A stretch of 64,000 bases of DNA from the NCBI GenBank assembly GCA_964566925.1, contig CAZMIZ010000002.1, positions 72,647-136,646 on the forward strand, written 5' to 3'. Of this stretch, positions 35,638 to 44,833 are shown one piece after another. The DNA is from an uncultured Gammaproteobacteria bacterium (GTDB lineage Bacteria; Patescibacteriota; Microgenomatia; PFEM01; DATLAM01). How positions within the stretch are numbered: the first letter of the stretch is position 1; each line of letters starts with the position of its first letter. Both the position numbers and the translations under genes were made by a program. The notes beneath the pieces were generated by a model. The model was not told the origin of the DNA. It saw only the letters and a list, made by a program, of their open reading frames with translations, and did not search any database.

Positions 35638-35895
35638 TTAAGAAATTTTAAAAATTTCGTCGCCCTTTTTTACCGGTTGATCCACTTTTAAGCCAACCGT
35701 CTCACCCTTCTTCGTTGTTTCAACGTTTTCGTGCTCAACCTGCATTGAGCCAATCGTCTGCTCAAACTCATTATCGTGGCCTGAAATTTTTACTTTGTCG
35801 CCGACGGCCAAGGTTCCTAAAATGTCAACGACGGCCACGCTGATCTTGTCGTAATAATGGGTGACTCTGCCAACCTTAAAATTTGCCACCAACAC
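35638..35895 (-). CDS. Small beta-barrel protein resembling EF-Tu domain 2
   Basis: 85 aa. VGRVTHYYDKISVAVVDILGTLAVGDKV...GETVGLKV resembles translation-factor domain II-like OB barrels. Low certainty. Confidence 0.3.
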   Translation of the reverse strand: MLVANFKVGRVTHYYDKISVAVVDILGTLAVGDKVKISGHDNEFEQTIGSMQVEHENVETTKKGETVGLKVDQPVKKGDEIFKIS

Positions 35896-35932
35896 CTCAC
35901 CCCCTTTCTATTTTAGAGTTTACCATATTAAG

Positions 35933-36415
35933 TTAAGTTTTTCCCTTCTTGCTAGATTGACAATGACAGATAGCCACCGCTAAAGCATCAGCAGTATGGG
36001 TTGGCCGAGGCAAAGAGCGCAATTTTAACGTCTTCCTGACGGTGGATTGAATCTGTCTTTTTTTGGCCCGGCCTTGTCCAGTTAAAACCATTTTAATTCT
36101 TAAAGGTGGATATTCAAAAACCTTAACTTTTCTTCTGGCAGCGGCTAGTTTAATGACGCCAATAGCTTGGCCTACGGCTGAAGCCGATTTGGCGTTGAGA
36201 TTAAAAAATAAACTTTCTATCGCTAGGACTTGAGGCTGATGTTTACGGAGAATTTTTAGAGTTTGTTGATAGATTGAATTAAGCCTTCTGGGGGCTTCGT
36301 GATCTACTGAGGTTTTGATAAGACCCTTATCGATAAGAGTAATTTCCCCTCGCCAGTAACGAACAATACCAAAGCCAGTCTCGGCCGTGCCTGGATCAAT
36401 TCCCAAAATAAGCAT
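35933..36415 (-). CDS. ruvC: Holliday junction resolvase RuvC
   Basis: MLILGIDPGTAETGFGIV (catalytic Asp), ALAIESLFF (Glu) and the C-terminal THTADALAVAICH match RuvC. Confidence 0.8.
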   Translation of the reverse strand: MLILGIDPGTAETGFGIVRYWRGEITLIDKGLIKTSVDHEAPRRLNSIYQQTLKILRKHQPQVLAIESLFFNLNAKSASAVGQAIGVIKLAAARRKVKVFEYPPLRIKMVLTGQGRAKKRQIQSTVRKTLKLRSLPRPTHTADALAVAICHCQSSKKGKT

Positions 36416-36535
36416 AGATTTAGTAAACTGCGCCTTTCGGCTTGTATAATTTTCTCTTGAGTTAAAATTATAGCATTCTTGTTAAAAAGCCTCAAATTGT
36501 GGTAAAATTAAGGAGATTTATAGAAGATCTGGACA

Positions 36536-36826
36536 GTGTATTATACTTATGTTCTAAGGAGCTTAAAAGACGGTAAACTATATATCGGCTGGGCAGGAGA
36601 TCTCAAGAAAAGACTAAAAAAGCACAACTCAGGACTGGTTTTAGCTACTAAATCTAGGTTGCCCTTAAAATTAATCTTCTATGAAGCTTTATTAAATAAA
36701 AAAGATGCGATTAATAGAGAAAAATTTTTCAAAACAGGCTGGGGTAGGAGACATTTGAAAAAGGCTTTAAAATACTCTTTAGGCAAAAAGGTGGGTTCGA
36801 TTCTTAAGTCGGGCCCGCCCGCCTAA
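36536..36826 (+). CDS. GIY-YIG nuclease-domain protein (96 aa)
   Basis: MYYTYVLRSLKDGKLYIGWAGDLKKRLKKHNSG contains G-I-Y(YVL)...Y-I-G and the conserved R and N/H. Confidence 0.65.
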   Translation: MYYTYVLRSLKDGKLYIGWAGDLKKRLKKHNSGLVLATKSRLPLKLIFYEALLNKKDAINREKFFKTGWGRRHLKKALKYSLGKKVGSILKSGPPA

Positions 36827-36850
36827 ATATTTGCAAAACAAATTTTTGGC

Positions 36851-36925
36851 GGGCCCGTAGCTCAGTGGTAGAGCACCTGCCTTTTAAGCAGGGTGTCGAA
36901 GGTTCGATCCCTTCCGGGCTCACCA
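36851..36925 (+). tRNA. tRNA-Lys (anticodon TTT), CCA encoded
   Basis: GGGCCCGTAGCTCAGTGGTAGAGCACCTGCCTTTTAAGCAGGGTGTCGAAGGTTCGATCCCTTCCGGGCTCACCA. Anticodon loop is CTTTTAA. The upstream cgggcccgcc at 36813-36822 is the inverted complement of the acceptor 5' strand. Confidence 0.8.
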
Positions 36926-36991
36926 CGTATAGCGCCAAATAAATTTGGCACATGTGGTAAACCACATAAAATTATTGTGCGTAGTAAACGG

Positions 36992-37252
36992 ATGTACTAC
37001 GTTTATTTGCTTGAGAGCATTAAGGATAAATCCTGGTATCTTGGATTTACGCCAGAAAGTCCTTTTAAAAGATTAGAGAAACATAATTCGGGTAGCGAGT
37101 ATTACACAAAACGCAAGCTACCATGGAGGCTGATATATTTCGAAGCGTACCTTAACAGGAGCGATGCTACCAGCAGAGAGAAATTCTTAAAAAGCGGTGC
37201 AGGCAGGACTTTTCTAAAAAAGCAAATTAAAAATTATTTAATTAACAGATAA
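36992..37252 (+). CDS. GIY-YIG nuclease-domain protein (86 aa from the internal ATG)
   Basis: MYYVYLLESIKDKSWYLGFTPESPFKRLEKHNSG. The track ORF (36893) would run through tRNA-Lys, so the start was moved to the ATG at 36992. Confidence 0.6.
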   Translation: MYYVYLLESIKDKSWYLGFTPESPFKRLEKHNSGSEYYTKRKLPWRLIYFEAYLNRSDATSREKFLKSGAGRTFLKKQIKNYLINR

Positions 37253-37354
37253 TATTAATTCGCCGCGCGCAGGCAGTCGTATTTTGTAGCTTTCGCATGA
37301 TGGATGAAGTGAATTTTGCGGCTTGCCGCGTGGCGAGCAAAGCGAGCTTTACGC

Positions 37355-37427
37355 GGCCCCGTCGTCTAGTGGCCTAGGACATCAGGTTTTCATCCTGAAA
37401 ACAGGGGTTCGATTCCCCTCGGGGTCA
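37355..37427 (+). tRNA. tRNA-Glu (anticodon TTC)
   Basis: GGCCCCGTCGTCTAGTGGCCTAGGACATCAGGTTTTCATCCTGAAAACAGGGGTTCGATTCCCCTCGGGGTCA. Anticodon stem TCAGG/CCTGA encloses loop TTTTCAT. The 3' 46 nt are overlapped on the opposite strand by the end of the recombinase ORF. Confidence 0.8.
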
Positions 37428-39091
37428 CACATTGGGACTAAAGAGGAGCCAGAATCGTCTTTTAGTCCGATAAATGGAGCCAATTTTGGTGTTCCAGAAA
37501 CCAATTCTTCGTAGGTAGGCGGTTTTTCAAAGATAAGTCCGAAGTAATCAGCCCTTTTTAAAGGATTTGAGCCTCCCAGGATCAGTTCCTCCAGGTGTTC
37601 CAGAAAGTAGCCGACAAACTCCATCACTCGCTCCATATTGACGTCTTTTTCTTTATTTTCTACTTTGCTGGCTTGCAGATTTCTAATTTCTTTTTCAGTT
37701 TTGACCAGCTCTTCTTCCATGTATTTAATGGCCGTTGCAGACTCAAGGTATTTAATCTTGTCAACGGTTATCTTGGCTAACGATTTAAGCTCTTCAATCT
37801 TCCGGTCTATCTGTTTATTGTCCTTTTGGCTGCTTTCTATTTTATCCTGCCATAAATCAATTACACACTTTTTCAAGTCCTTGACGTATTTTGGTTTGAT
37901 GCCTAAATTGCTGACAAAACCGGCAATGGTGTCTTCAAATTCCTGCTTAGGCACCCGGAAATAATGGCCCCGCTTATTACAGTGATAGGCAGGATAATAT
38001 TTGCCAAGCCTTCCCCGGGAAGCGCTGCCATATAGAGCTTTCCCGCAAATCGGGCACATAACGTATCTTTTGTAGGGAAATTTGGGATTCCTAACCGATT
38101 TATAAAGCAAATGATCGGGCGGCTTTTTCTTCCAGAATTTTATCTGGCCGTTTTCTTCGGAAATGATAATTTTTCCCTTATTAGCTTTATTAAAAGTCTC
38201 AACCGACACCAAGCCCTTAAACTTGCATTTTATCGGCTTGTCTTTAGTCCAGCTTTCAATATTGATGCCGGCATAAATCGGATTTTGAATATATTTCCAG
38301 AGGGCTTTTAAAGACAACGGGCATTCTCCCGCCTGGCCGATTATTTTTGTCCTGTCTTTAGGGTCGCGACGGTAACGCTTTCTGGTTTTAAAACCCAACT
38401 TGTTTAACTTATCAACGATTTCCTGGTCATTTAAGTTACTGCTTGCCCGAAGCTCAAACATCCTAATAATCCATTTTGATTCCTTCGGGTGGGGTTTTAG
38501 GATGACTCTTTTACCATGGGCGGTTTCCACTTTTTCGTTGACATAGCCAAAAGGAGCTTGTCTGACCCTGTAACCCATTCTAACGTATCTAATTTCGGCA
38601 CCAATCATCCTGGTCATGATATCTCTCATCTCGTCTTTGGCCCGCTCTGCTTCCAAAATTTCCGTTTTTTTAGTAGGGTTGTAAACACTCCAGTCGTATT
38701 TGATGTTTAAATGCTCTAAGGTGTTTATTTCCTGACTACTGATGACCCCATAAATATCAACCAGTTTGACATCATACTTGGTCAGTTGCATTTTAAGATG
38801 GTCATAAAGATAAGAACCGCCTCTGGTAAAGCGGTCAATCGATTTGACAATAAATAGCTGGATGTCGTTTTTTGGCTTTTTGCAGTAATCAATCGCTTCT
38901 TGGACCGGCTGCTCTTCTCTGGAAGCGCTCTCCATGAAGATAAAAAACTTTTTAATCTTGATGTTGTGGTTTTCCGCAAACCTTTCGATTTGCTCTTTCT
39001 GGTCTTCCGGTGAATCGCCTTGAAGCCCTTGTTTTAAGGAAGAAATTCTGATGGCGGCAACGGCATTTTCAGGTTTTGGCAGGTTATTCAT
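37382..39091 (-). CDS. Large serine recombinase (resolvase/invertase N-domain + recombinase domain + zinc ribbon + coiled coil)
   Basis: Catalytic Ser context AAIRISSLKQG. Resolvase core includes SIDRFTRG. Recombinase-domain Zn ribbon is CPICGKALYGSASRGRLGKYYPAYHC. A C-terminal coiled coil is present. The ORF 3' end reads through the antisense of tRNA-Glu. Confidence 0.8.
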   Translation of the reverse strand: MNNLPKPENAVAAIRISSLKQGLQGDSPEDQKEQIERFAENHNIKIKKFFIFMESASREEQPVQEAIDYCKKPKNDIQLFIVKSIDRFTRGGSYLYDHLKMQLTKYDVKLVDIYGVISSQEINTLEHLNIKYDWSVYNPTKKTEILEAERAKDEMRDIMTRMIGAEIRYVRMGYRVRQAPFGYVNEKVETAHGKRVILKPHPKESKWIIRMFELRASSNLNDQEIVDKLNKLGFKTRKRYRRDPKDRTKIIGQAGECPLSLKALWKYIQNPIYAGINIESWTKDKPIKCKFKGLVSVETFNKANKGKIIISEENGQIKFWKKKPPDHLLYKSVRNPKFPYKRYVMCPICGKALYGSASRGRLGKYYPAYHCNKRGHYFRVPKQEFEDTIAGFVSNLGIKPKYVKDLKKCVIDLWQDKIESSQKDNKQIDRKIEELKSLAKITVDKIKYLESATAIKYMEEELVKTEKEIRNLQASKVENKEKDVNMERVMEFVGYFLEHLEELILGGSNPLKRADYFGLIFEKPPTYEELVSGTPKLAPFIGLKDDSGSSLVPMCDPEGNRTPVFRMKT

Positions 39092-39277
39092 TTGACTACT
39101 TCCTCAGTTAATTCCTTATTTTGCTCTTCGACAATTCTGTCGACAAGGAAGTTGGCAAATATCTTCATTCGGTCTTCTTTCTTATCCTTTCTCGTCTTAT
39201 TATGCTTTGAAACCCGCTCCTTATTCATTGATTTTACTCTTAACCTAGCCACAAAACTTGTATCCTTAGTTTATTAA

Positions 39278-39295
39278 CTATCCATATATGGATAG
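39278..39295. promoter_or_regulatory. Perfect 18-bp palindrome CTATCCATATATGGATAG between the divergent recombinase and T4CP genes
   Basis: Exact self-complementarity can be read from the sequence. A further TATCC half-site lies upstream (39262-39266) and a TAGTATACTA palindrome at 39363-39372. Candidate operator or recombinase site. Confidence 0.45.
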
Positions 39296-39412
39296 TATAA
39301 CAAGGGTAAAACAGCTTGTCAAGTAGTAAAGATAAAAAGGTTTCGATTTCTTGTTTTATGTAGTATACTATAGCCAACCTGCCTCATAATCATCCTGCCT
39401 GAAGGGTAAATT

Positions 39413-42073
39413 ATGAGGATTTTTGGTGAATTAGCAAACTTTTTTAGAGACAGCTTTGTTTTTACTTCTTCTTTTCAGACTCTACAAAGCAATCTTTCCC
39501 TTAATAAAACCCTGAAGCTGCTACCTATTTCTTTCTTAGGAGACTTGCTTACTATCCTAGCCTTAGCTTTTACCGCCTTTCTGACTCTCTATGCCTTATT
39601 AAAATTATTGCTGGTAAGAAAAGAGCTAAAGCAGAAGTATGTTTTGTTTGAAATCAGGCCATTGACCGAAACCCTGCAAAGCCCGCTTTCCACTCAGCAA
39701 CTTTTTAATCTTATTCATGGTCTAGCCAGACAGCGATCTCTATTTTATAAACTAATGGATGCCTACAAAAGCTATTCTTTTGAAATTGTTTCCACCAAAA
39801 AAGAGGGTATCAGGTATTTGCTGAGAATCAACTGCGAAGACGCAGAATTGGTTAAAAAGAGTCTCCTTTCCTACCTTCCGGGAATTAGTATCAATCGGGT
39901 CAGCGATTATCTGCCAAAAAAACTTAAAAATGACCGATTTAAAATCGCCGACTTTAAGCAATCAAATCAATTTGCTTATCCTCTGAAAAAACAAAAACTG
40001 CTTAAAGAACACGACCCCATTGCTTATATCACCGGCAGTATGACCAAACTGGACAAAGATGAACTGGTTTCTTTCCAAATCGTTGCTTCTCCGGCTAACA
40101 GGCGCTACTTAAAACAGGCAAGGACAATTACCAATTTGATTGCCGCTAAAAGTGACTTGGTAACCGGCTTAAAAACCTTGAAATTAAATCAGCAATTATT
40201 CAGCTCACTTAAATTATCGCTAAGATTTGTTCTCTATTTATTTCTTATTCCCTTTGGGTTTTTGATATTTTTAATCACCGGAGGCAAAGAAGGTCCTCTC
40301 TTACATCTTGGGATTTTGAATCAGAACAGCAGGAAGAGCGATATTTACCAAAAAGAACTTGAAGAAGTAATAAAAGACAAATTAGATCAACCACTTTTCA
40401 AAACTTCTTTGCGCTTGCTAGTCGTCAGTAAAATCCCGAGAAAACAAAGCGAGCAGATTAAAGGTTTTACCTCCGCCCTTTCCTCGTTTAATAATTCCAA
40501 TTACCAGTCGTTAGTTCCTTTTTTTAAGTTTAAACACGGTTTAATTAAACAAATTAAAGCCTATTTATTTAGAAATAGACTGCTTGGTTTATGGGGAAAG
40601 TCGGTTCTATCGGCCTCAGAGGTGGCCGATATTTATCACCTGCCTTTCACCATCAAAACTAAAACAGAAGATTTAGTCAAACAGCACAGCAAGCAACTAC
40701 CGGCGCCGCTCTCTTTAAAAAGGGCCGATAATTTTGATGTCGTCTTTGCCGAAAACTCCTATGGCGGAACGGTCACTAAAATCGGTTTAACCGAAGACGA
40801 AAGAAGAAGGCATATCTATATCCTCGGGGCCACTGGCACCGGCAAGTCAACTTTGCTTTTGTCAATGATTTTACAGGATATTGAAAACAAAAAAGGGCTA
40901 TGTGTCATTGACCCTCACGGAGATTTAATTGAACAAATTCTGCCCGCTATTCCCCAAGAAAGGGTCAATGATGTCATCTATTTTAATCCGGATGATGTTA
41001 GCCATCCAATTGGTCTTAACCTTTTAGAACTGACACCCGGCTTGAATGAAGATGATGCCCTTCGGGAAAAAGAATTTTTGACGGAAAGTATTATTTCCCT
41101 GTTTCACAAAATCTATTCGGAAAAATATTCCGGGCCGAGGATGGAATATATTTTAAGAAACACCATCCATACTGCTTTTACCACTGAAAACTCGACTTTG
41201 TTTACAGTTTATAAACTGTTGATTAATACTCCTTACCGCAAAAGGGTTGTCAGAGGCTTGGATGATGAAGACTTGAGGGATTTTTGGCGCTATGAATTTG
41301 CCAAAGCCGGCGATTACCAGAAGGTTAAAATGATTTCACCGATTACTAATAAAATCGGCCGCTTCCTTTTTTCGCCAACCGCCAAAAGAATTTTGGAACA
41401 AGAGAAATCCAGCATCAACTTTGATGAGATTTTATCTTCGGGAAAAATCCTGCTCTGCAATGTTTCCAAAGGCAGGATCGGTGAAGACTCTTCCGAAGTC
41501 TTCGGGATCCTAATCATGACCAAAATCCAGCTGGCGGCTTTAAAAAGAGCCAGAACAGCCGATAAAGAGAGGAGAGACTTTTATCTCTACGTTGACGAAT
41601 TTCAGAATTTTGCCACCCCCGCTTTCGCGGAAATCCTGTCGGAAGCCAGAAAATATCGACTGAATGCCATTATGGCTCACCAAACCACTTCCCAGCTTGA
41701 AGATAAATCTTTGGTTAATGTTACTTTGGCTAATACGGGAACGGTAATTTGTTTTCGAACCGCCAACCCAGAAGATGAAAAATTGATTTTACCCCAATTC
41801 TCGCCATACGTCGAAAAAGGCGAAATTGCCAGTCTGCCATCGTTTAATTTTTACATCAAAATCAGCGCCCTTAACCCGGAAGAGCCCTTTTCGGGGATAA
41901 CCACGCCCGTCTTTACCAATTTGGATAATCAAAGAACCAATCAAATCATCGAGCGGTCAAGAAAACTCTACACCTTGCCCTATAAAAAACAAGTGAAGAA
42001 AGATAAAAAAATGAACAAAGAGTTGCAGCCTAAGCTAATTACCAAGACTCAAACTGGAAGCCTCCTGCCCTAA
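39413..42073 (+). CDS. Type IV secretion coupling protein (VirD4/TraG/TraD-like ATPase) with N-terminal TM segment
   Basis: N-terminal hydrophobic LLTILALAFTAFLTLYALLKLLLV. Walker A HIYILGATGTGKSTLL. Walker B-like LYVDEFQNF. The 886-aa length is typical of T4CPs. Confidence 0.55.
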   Translation: MRIFGELANFFRDSFVFTSSFQTLQSNLSLNKTLKLLPISFLGDLLTILALAFTAFLTLYALLKLLLVRKELKQKYVLFEIRPLTETLQSPLSTQQLFNLIHGLARQRSLFYKLMDAYKSYSFEIVSTKKEGIRYLLRINCEDAELVKKSLLSYLPGISINRVSDYLPKKLKNDRFKIADFKQSNQFAYPLKKQKLLKEHDPIAYITGSMTKLDKDELVSFQIVASPANRRYLKQARTITNLIAAKSDLVTGLKTLKLNQQLFSSLKLSLRFVLYLFLIPFGFLIFLITGGKEGPLLHLGILNQNSRKSDIYQKELEEVIKDKLDQPLFKTSLRLLVVSKIPRKQSEQIKGFTSALSSFNNSNYQSLVPFFKFKHGLIKQIKAYLFRNRLLGLWGKSVLSASEVADIYHLPFTIKTKTEDLVKQHSKQLPAPLSLKRADNFDVVFAENSYGGTVTKIGLTEDERRRHIYILGATGTGKSTLLLSMILQDIENKKGLCVIDPHGDLIEQILPAIPQERVNDVIYFNPDDVSHPIGLNLLELTPGLNEDDALREKEFLTESIISLFHKIYSEKYSGPRMEYILRNTIHTAFTTENSTLFTVYKLLINTPYRKRVVRGLDDEDLRDFWRYEFAKAGDYQKVKMISPITNKIGRFLFSPTAKRILEQEKSSINFDEILSSGKILLCNVSKGRIGEDSSEVFGILIMTKIQLAALKRARTADKERRDFYLYVDEFQNFATPAFAEILSEARKYRLNAIMAHQTTSQLEDKSLVNVTLANTGTVICFRTANPEDEKLILPQFSPYVEKGEIASLPSFNFYIKISALNPEEPFSGITTPVFTNLDNQRTNQIIERSRKLYTLPYKKQVKKDKKMNKELQPKLITKTQTGSLLP

Positions 42074-42218
42074 AAATTGTCCTCGCGCTTTGGGACAAAA
42101 AATTGCTGAATTTAGCCTTAAAAATGACGATAATCTCTACCCCTTATCCCTTATAAATAAGGAGGAGAAACGTAAACCAGTCAAGAGTTTGGGAAAATAA
42201 ACCAACACAAACGACCTT

Positions 42219-42998
42219 ATGAATCAAACAAAAAAGCCAACCTCAAAGCAAATTGAAATCCTTATTCTTTTATATCGCTTCCGCTTTCTCAATCGCCGCC
42301 ATCTCCAAAAATTTCTCAACCACCAAGACCATCGACGAATCAACGCCTGGCTGAAAGATCTCACCGAAAAAAAATATCTTGGTCGAATCTACTCCCGAAA
42401 ATTTGGAGAAAACACCCAGCCAGCCATTTACTTCCTGAAATCAAAAGCGGCTGGTGTTTTGAGAAAAAAACCAGAGATTAACCAATCCCTGCTTAACCGA
42501 ATCTATCGGGAAAATCTACGCTCAAGAAAATTCATTAACCACTGCCTTTTCTTGGCTGATATCTATTTTCATCTGAACCAGCTTTGTTCAGAAGACAAAG
42601 CCAAGCTTCAGTTTTTCCATCGGACCGATTTAAGCAGCCATGATTATCTACCCGAACCCCTGCCTGATTTGTATTTTGTCATCCAGGAACCGAGGGGGGA
42701 AGCCAAAAGGTATTTCTTGGAAATGTTCGTCAGGAAGACTCCCCGTTATGCCTTGCGGCATCGTCTTTTTAGATTTTTTAATTATTATCAATCCAATCTC
42801 TGGGAAAAAACCACCCGCCATCCCTTCCCGACCATTCTTTTGGTCTGTTCCGACAGGTACATGCAGGCCTATTTGAATAAATTCATCAAAGAAACCCAGG
42901 AAGACGAAGAAAATTACGAAATTCAATTCTTTTTAACCACCATAGGAAAAATAAGGAAAGAGGGAGTAGGCAAGAAGGTCTGGAAAGCAATCGTTTAA
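42219..42998 (+). CDS. Replication-relaxation (Replic_Relax, PF13814-like) family protein
   Basis: N-terminus TSKQIEILILLYRFRFLNRRHLQKFL matches the Replic_Relax wHTH signature (L-T-x-x-x-x-x-I-L-x-x-L-x-x-x-R-x-L-x-x-x-x-L-x-x-L). Confidence 0.5.
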   Translation: MNQTKKPTSKQIEILILLYRFRFLNRRHLQKFLNHQDHRRINAWLKDLTEKKYLGRIYSRKFGENTQPAIYFLKSKAAGVLRKKPEINQSLLNRIYRENLRSRKFINHCLFLADIYFHLNQLCSEDKAKLQFFHRTDLSSHDYLPEPLPDLYFVIQEPRGEAKRYFLEMFVRKTPRYALRHRLFRFFNYYQSNLWEKTTRHPFPTILLVCSDRYMQAYLNKFIKETQEDEENYEIQFFLTTIGKIRKEGVGKKVWKAIV

Positions 42999-43025
42999 CC
43001 ATCAGGCAAAAAGATAGAAAGCGCC

Positions 43026-44060
43026 TTATTTTTCTTTTAACTGGTAGTAACTGGCTTTCCCTTTTCCCTTTCTTTCGATCAACCCCAAGTCAATCAGTTT
43101 TTTGAAATCCAGGTTTCTGGTCGCCCTGGCCCGGTCAGTCAGTCCGGCATAATCGCGATCGGAGATATAACCCTTTTGGCTGATGAATTCTAAAATCCGT
43201 TGATGGTAAGGCTTCAGTTCTGTTTTGGGGCTGACCGAAGTTTCGGGCAGGATTTTTTTCACCCGCAAGAGTTCGTCGATGATCCCGTCCGTAAAGTATT
43301 CCAGCCAGTCGGTAAAATCAATGGCCTTAACCAGGTCATAATAATTGCCCAGCACCCCAATCTTCTTAAAGTAGTTGGTTACGTTTCGGTTATAGTAATT
43401 CTCGAAACTGAAAAGGTTAAAAGTATCAAGGCCCATGTCTGCTAAAAGAACTTTGGTGGCCAACCTGGCCGTCCGGCCGTTGCCGTCCATAAAGGGATGA
43501 ATAATCACCAACTGCTTATGAAAGATACCGGCGATGATCAGGGGGTCAACCAAACCTTTATTTTTGACCACAAATTTAATCAGTCCGTCCAGCAATTGGT
43601 CAAGGTCCTGGTGATCGGGTGGCCAATAGACGGTTTTACCGGTCCGGGGATCATTGACAAAAACAGGTTCCCGTCTTAATTTTCCCAGTTGATCGCGGGG
43701 AGCTAACTGATTAAGGATTTGCCGGTGAACAGACAAAATCAGCTGAAGATCAAAGGCAATCCGGCCGCTTTTCAGTTTTTTATTTAATTCCTTCAGAGCT
43801 TGATTGTAATTAATGATCTCCTGCTCGCTCCTTCTTAAATTTTTAGGCTGGGTTTTAAGAATCTGCTTGACGTCGGTCAGCGGCAAGGGGTTGCCTTCAA
43901 TGCTGGTTGAAGCAAAGGCAGAAGTTTCCCGAGCCTTTCTTTCCAGCTCATAAAGAACCACCTTCGGAAATCTTCTATTATTCAGGTCCAAAACAATCGA
44001 ATTTATCTGTTTGATCTTGGCCAGAAGCCTGTCGGTAATGGTATATTGAGGCTCAAACAT
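43026..44060 (-). CDS. Fic/Doc family protein (AMPylator-type)
   Basis: Canonical Fic motif HPFMDGNGRTARL (HPFx[D/E]GNGR) at about residue 190. Confidence 0.8.
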   Translation of the reverse strand: MFEPQYTITDRLLAKIKQINSIVLDLNNRRFPKVVLYELERKARETSAFASTSIEGNPLPLTDVKQILKTQPKNLRRSEQEIINYNQALKELNKKLKSGRIAFDLQLILSVHRQILNQLAPRDQLGKLRREPVFVNDPRTGKTVYWPPDHQDLDQLLDGLIKFVVKNKGLVDPLIIAGIFHKQLVIIHPFMDGNGRTARLATKVLLADMGLDTFNLFSFENYYNRNVTNYFKKIGVLGNYYDLVKAIDFTDWLEYFTDGIIDELLRVKKILPETSVSPKTELKPYHQRILEFISQKGYISDRDYAGLTDRARATRNLDFKKLIDLGLIERKGKGKASYYQLKEK

Positions 44061-44078
44061 GAGACATATTATAGACGA

Positions 44079-44417
44079 TTATTGGACGATTTGCAACCCC
44101 TCACTCTCCGGCCGATTCCTGGTAACGATTTTGCTTGAAAGACATTCTTCAAACTCATAATCTCTTTCAATACCGGTTCCAGATGGGCTCTCAAAGTCTT
44201 CCAGTTCTTTTAGGGAAAAGAAACCCCACTCATTCCAGTCGCCATAAATTGACACATAGCCAAAAAACATTCTGCTTTTCGAATCGTATTCCGTGGCGTA
44301 CCAGTTGCCGGATCCTGCCGGATTAAAAAACTTGCCAATCACCACTGGGTCTTTTTCGTTTCTCTGACGGCCAACCTTGGCAAATCTTCTTCCCAGCCCT
44401 CTGGTCATCAGATTCAT
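44079..44417 (-). CDS. DUF2958 family protein (plasmid/ICE-associated)
   Basis: KFFNPAGSGNWYATEYDSKSRMFFGYVSIYGDWNEWGFFSLKELEDFESPSGTGIERDYEF matches the DUF2958 pattern (FF-x-P-x-x-x-W-Y-A-T-E-Y-D...FFG-x-V...G-x-F-S-L-x-E-L...IERD). Confidence 0.55.
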   Translation of the reverse strand: MNLMTRGLGRRFAKVGRQRNEKDPVVIGKFFNPAGSGNWYATEYDSKSRMFFGYVSIYGDWNEWGFFSLKELEDFESPSGTGIERDYEFEECLSSKIVTRNRPESEGLQIVQ

Positions 44418-44635
44418 TTAATCTCACCTCCTTTCTTTATCTGCCAGTCAACTGTTTTTAGATAAAGGTCAATCGCTTCGGCCACCAGCTTGGTAATCGG
44501 CCTGCCGGTCTTTCTTTTCAGAAGCCAAAGCAGGCAAAGATGCTCGGCGGAAACCCTGGGCTTGTAATTCGCCTCTGGTTTTATTTCAAACTCCGGTGAG
44601 CCTAAAATAGCGGTTTGGATTTGAGTGATTGTCAT
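44414..44635 (-). CDS. Small hypothetical protein (73 aa), possibly DNA-binding
   Basis: Overlaps the DUF2958 gene start by 4 nt (operonic). No motif assigned. Confidence 0.3.
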   Translation of the reverse strand: MTITQIQTAILGSPEFEIKPEANYKPRVSAEHLCLLWLLKRKTGRPITKLVAEAIDLYLKTVDWQIKKGGEIK

Positions 44636-44786
44636 TTTTAAAATTTTTTTGGTGGAGGCCTTGCCTCCGATAGCTGATCAACCGCACAGCTGGCGAAGTG
44701 AAGTCAAGGGCAAGCGAAGCGCCGTTCATTGAAAACCCTTGACGAGCGAAGACAGATGTGCCAAGAAAATGAAAAAATATAACAGA

Positions 44787-44809
44787 AGCCCTATTTATTG
44801 GGCTTTTTT
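44787..44809 (+). terminator. Rho-independent terminator-like hairpin (AGCCC-tatttatt-GGGCT + TTTTT)
   Basis: 5-bp GC-rich stem, 8-nt loop and T5 tract on the plus strand, directly upstream of the TATAAT at 44822-44827. Confidence 0.35.
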
Positions 44810-44833
44810 GATTCTTCCTGCTATAATCCGCAC

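Noticed and set aside
36893-36991. 5' extension of the second GIY-YIG ORF
   Set aside because: The extension would be encoded by tRNA-Lys(TTT). The start was moved to the internal ATG at 36992, which begins the conserved MYYVYLL GIY-YIG N-terminus.
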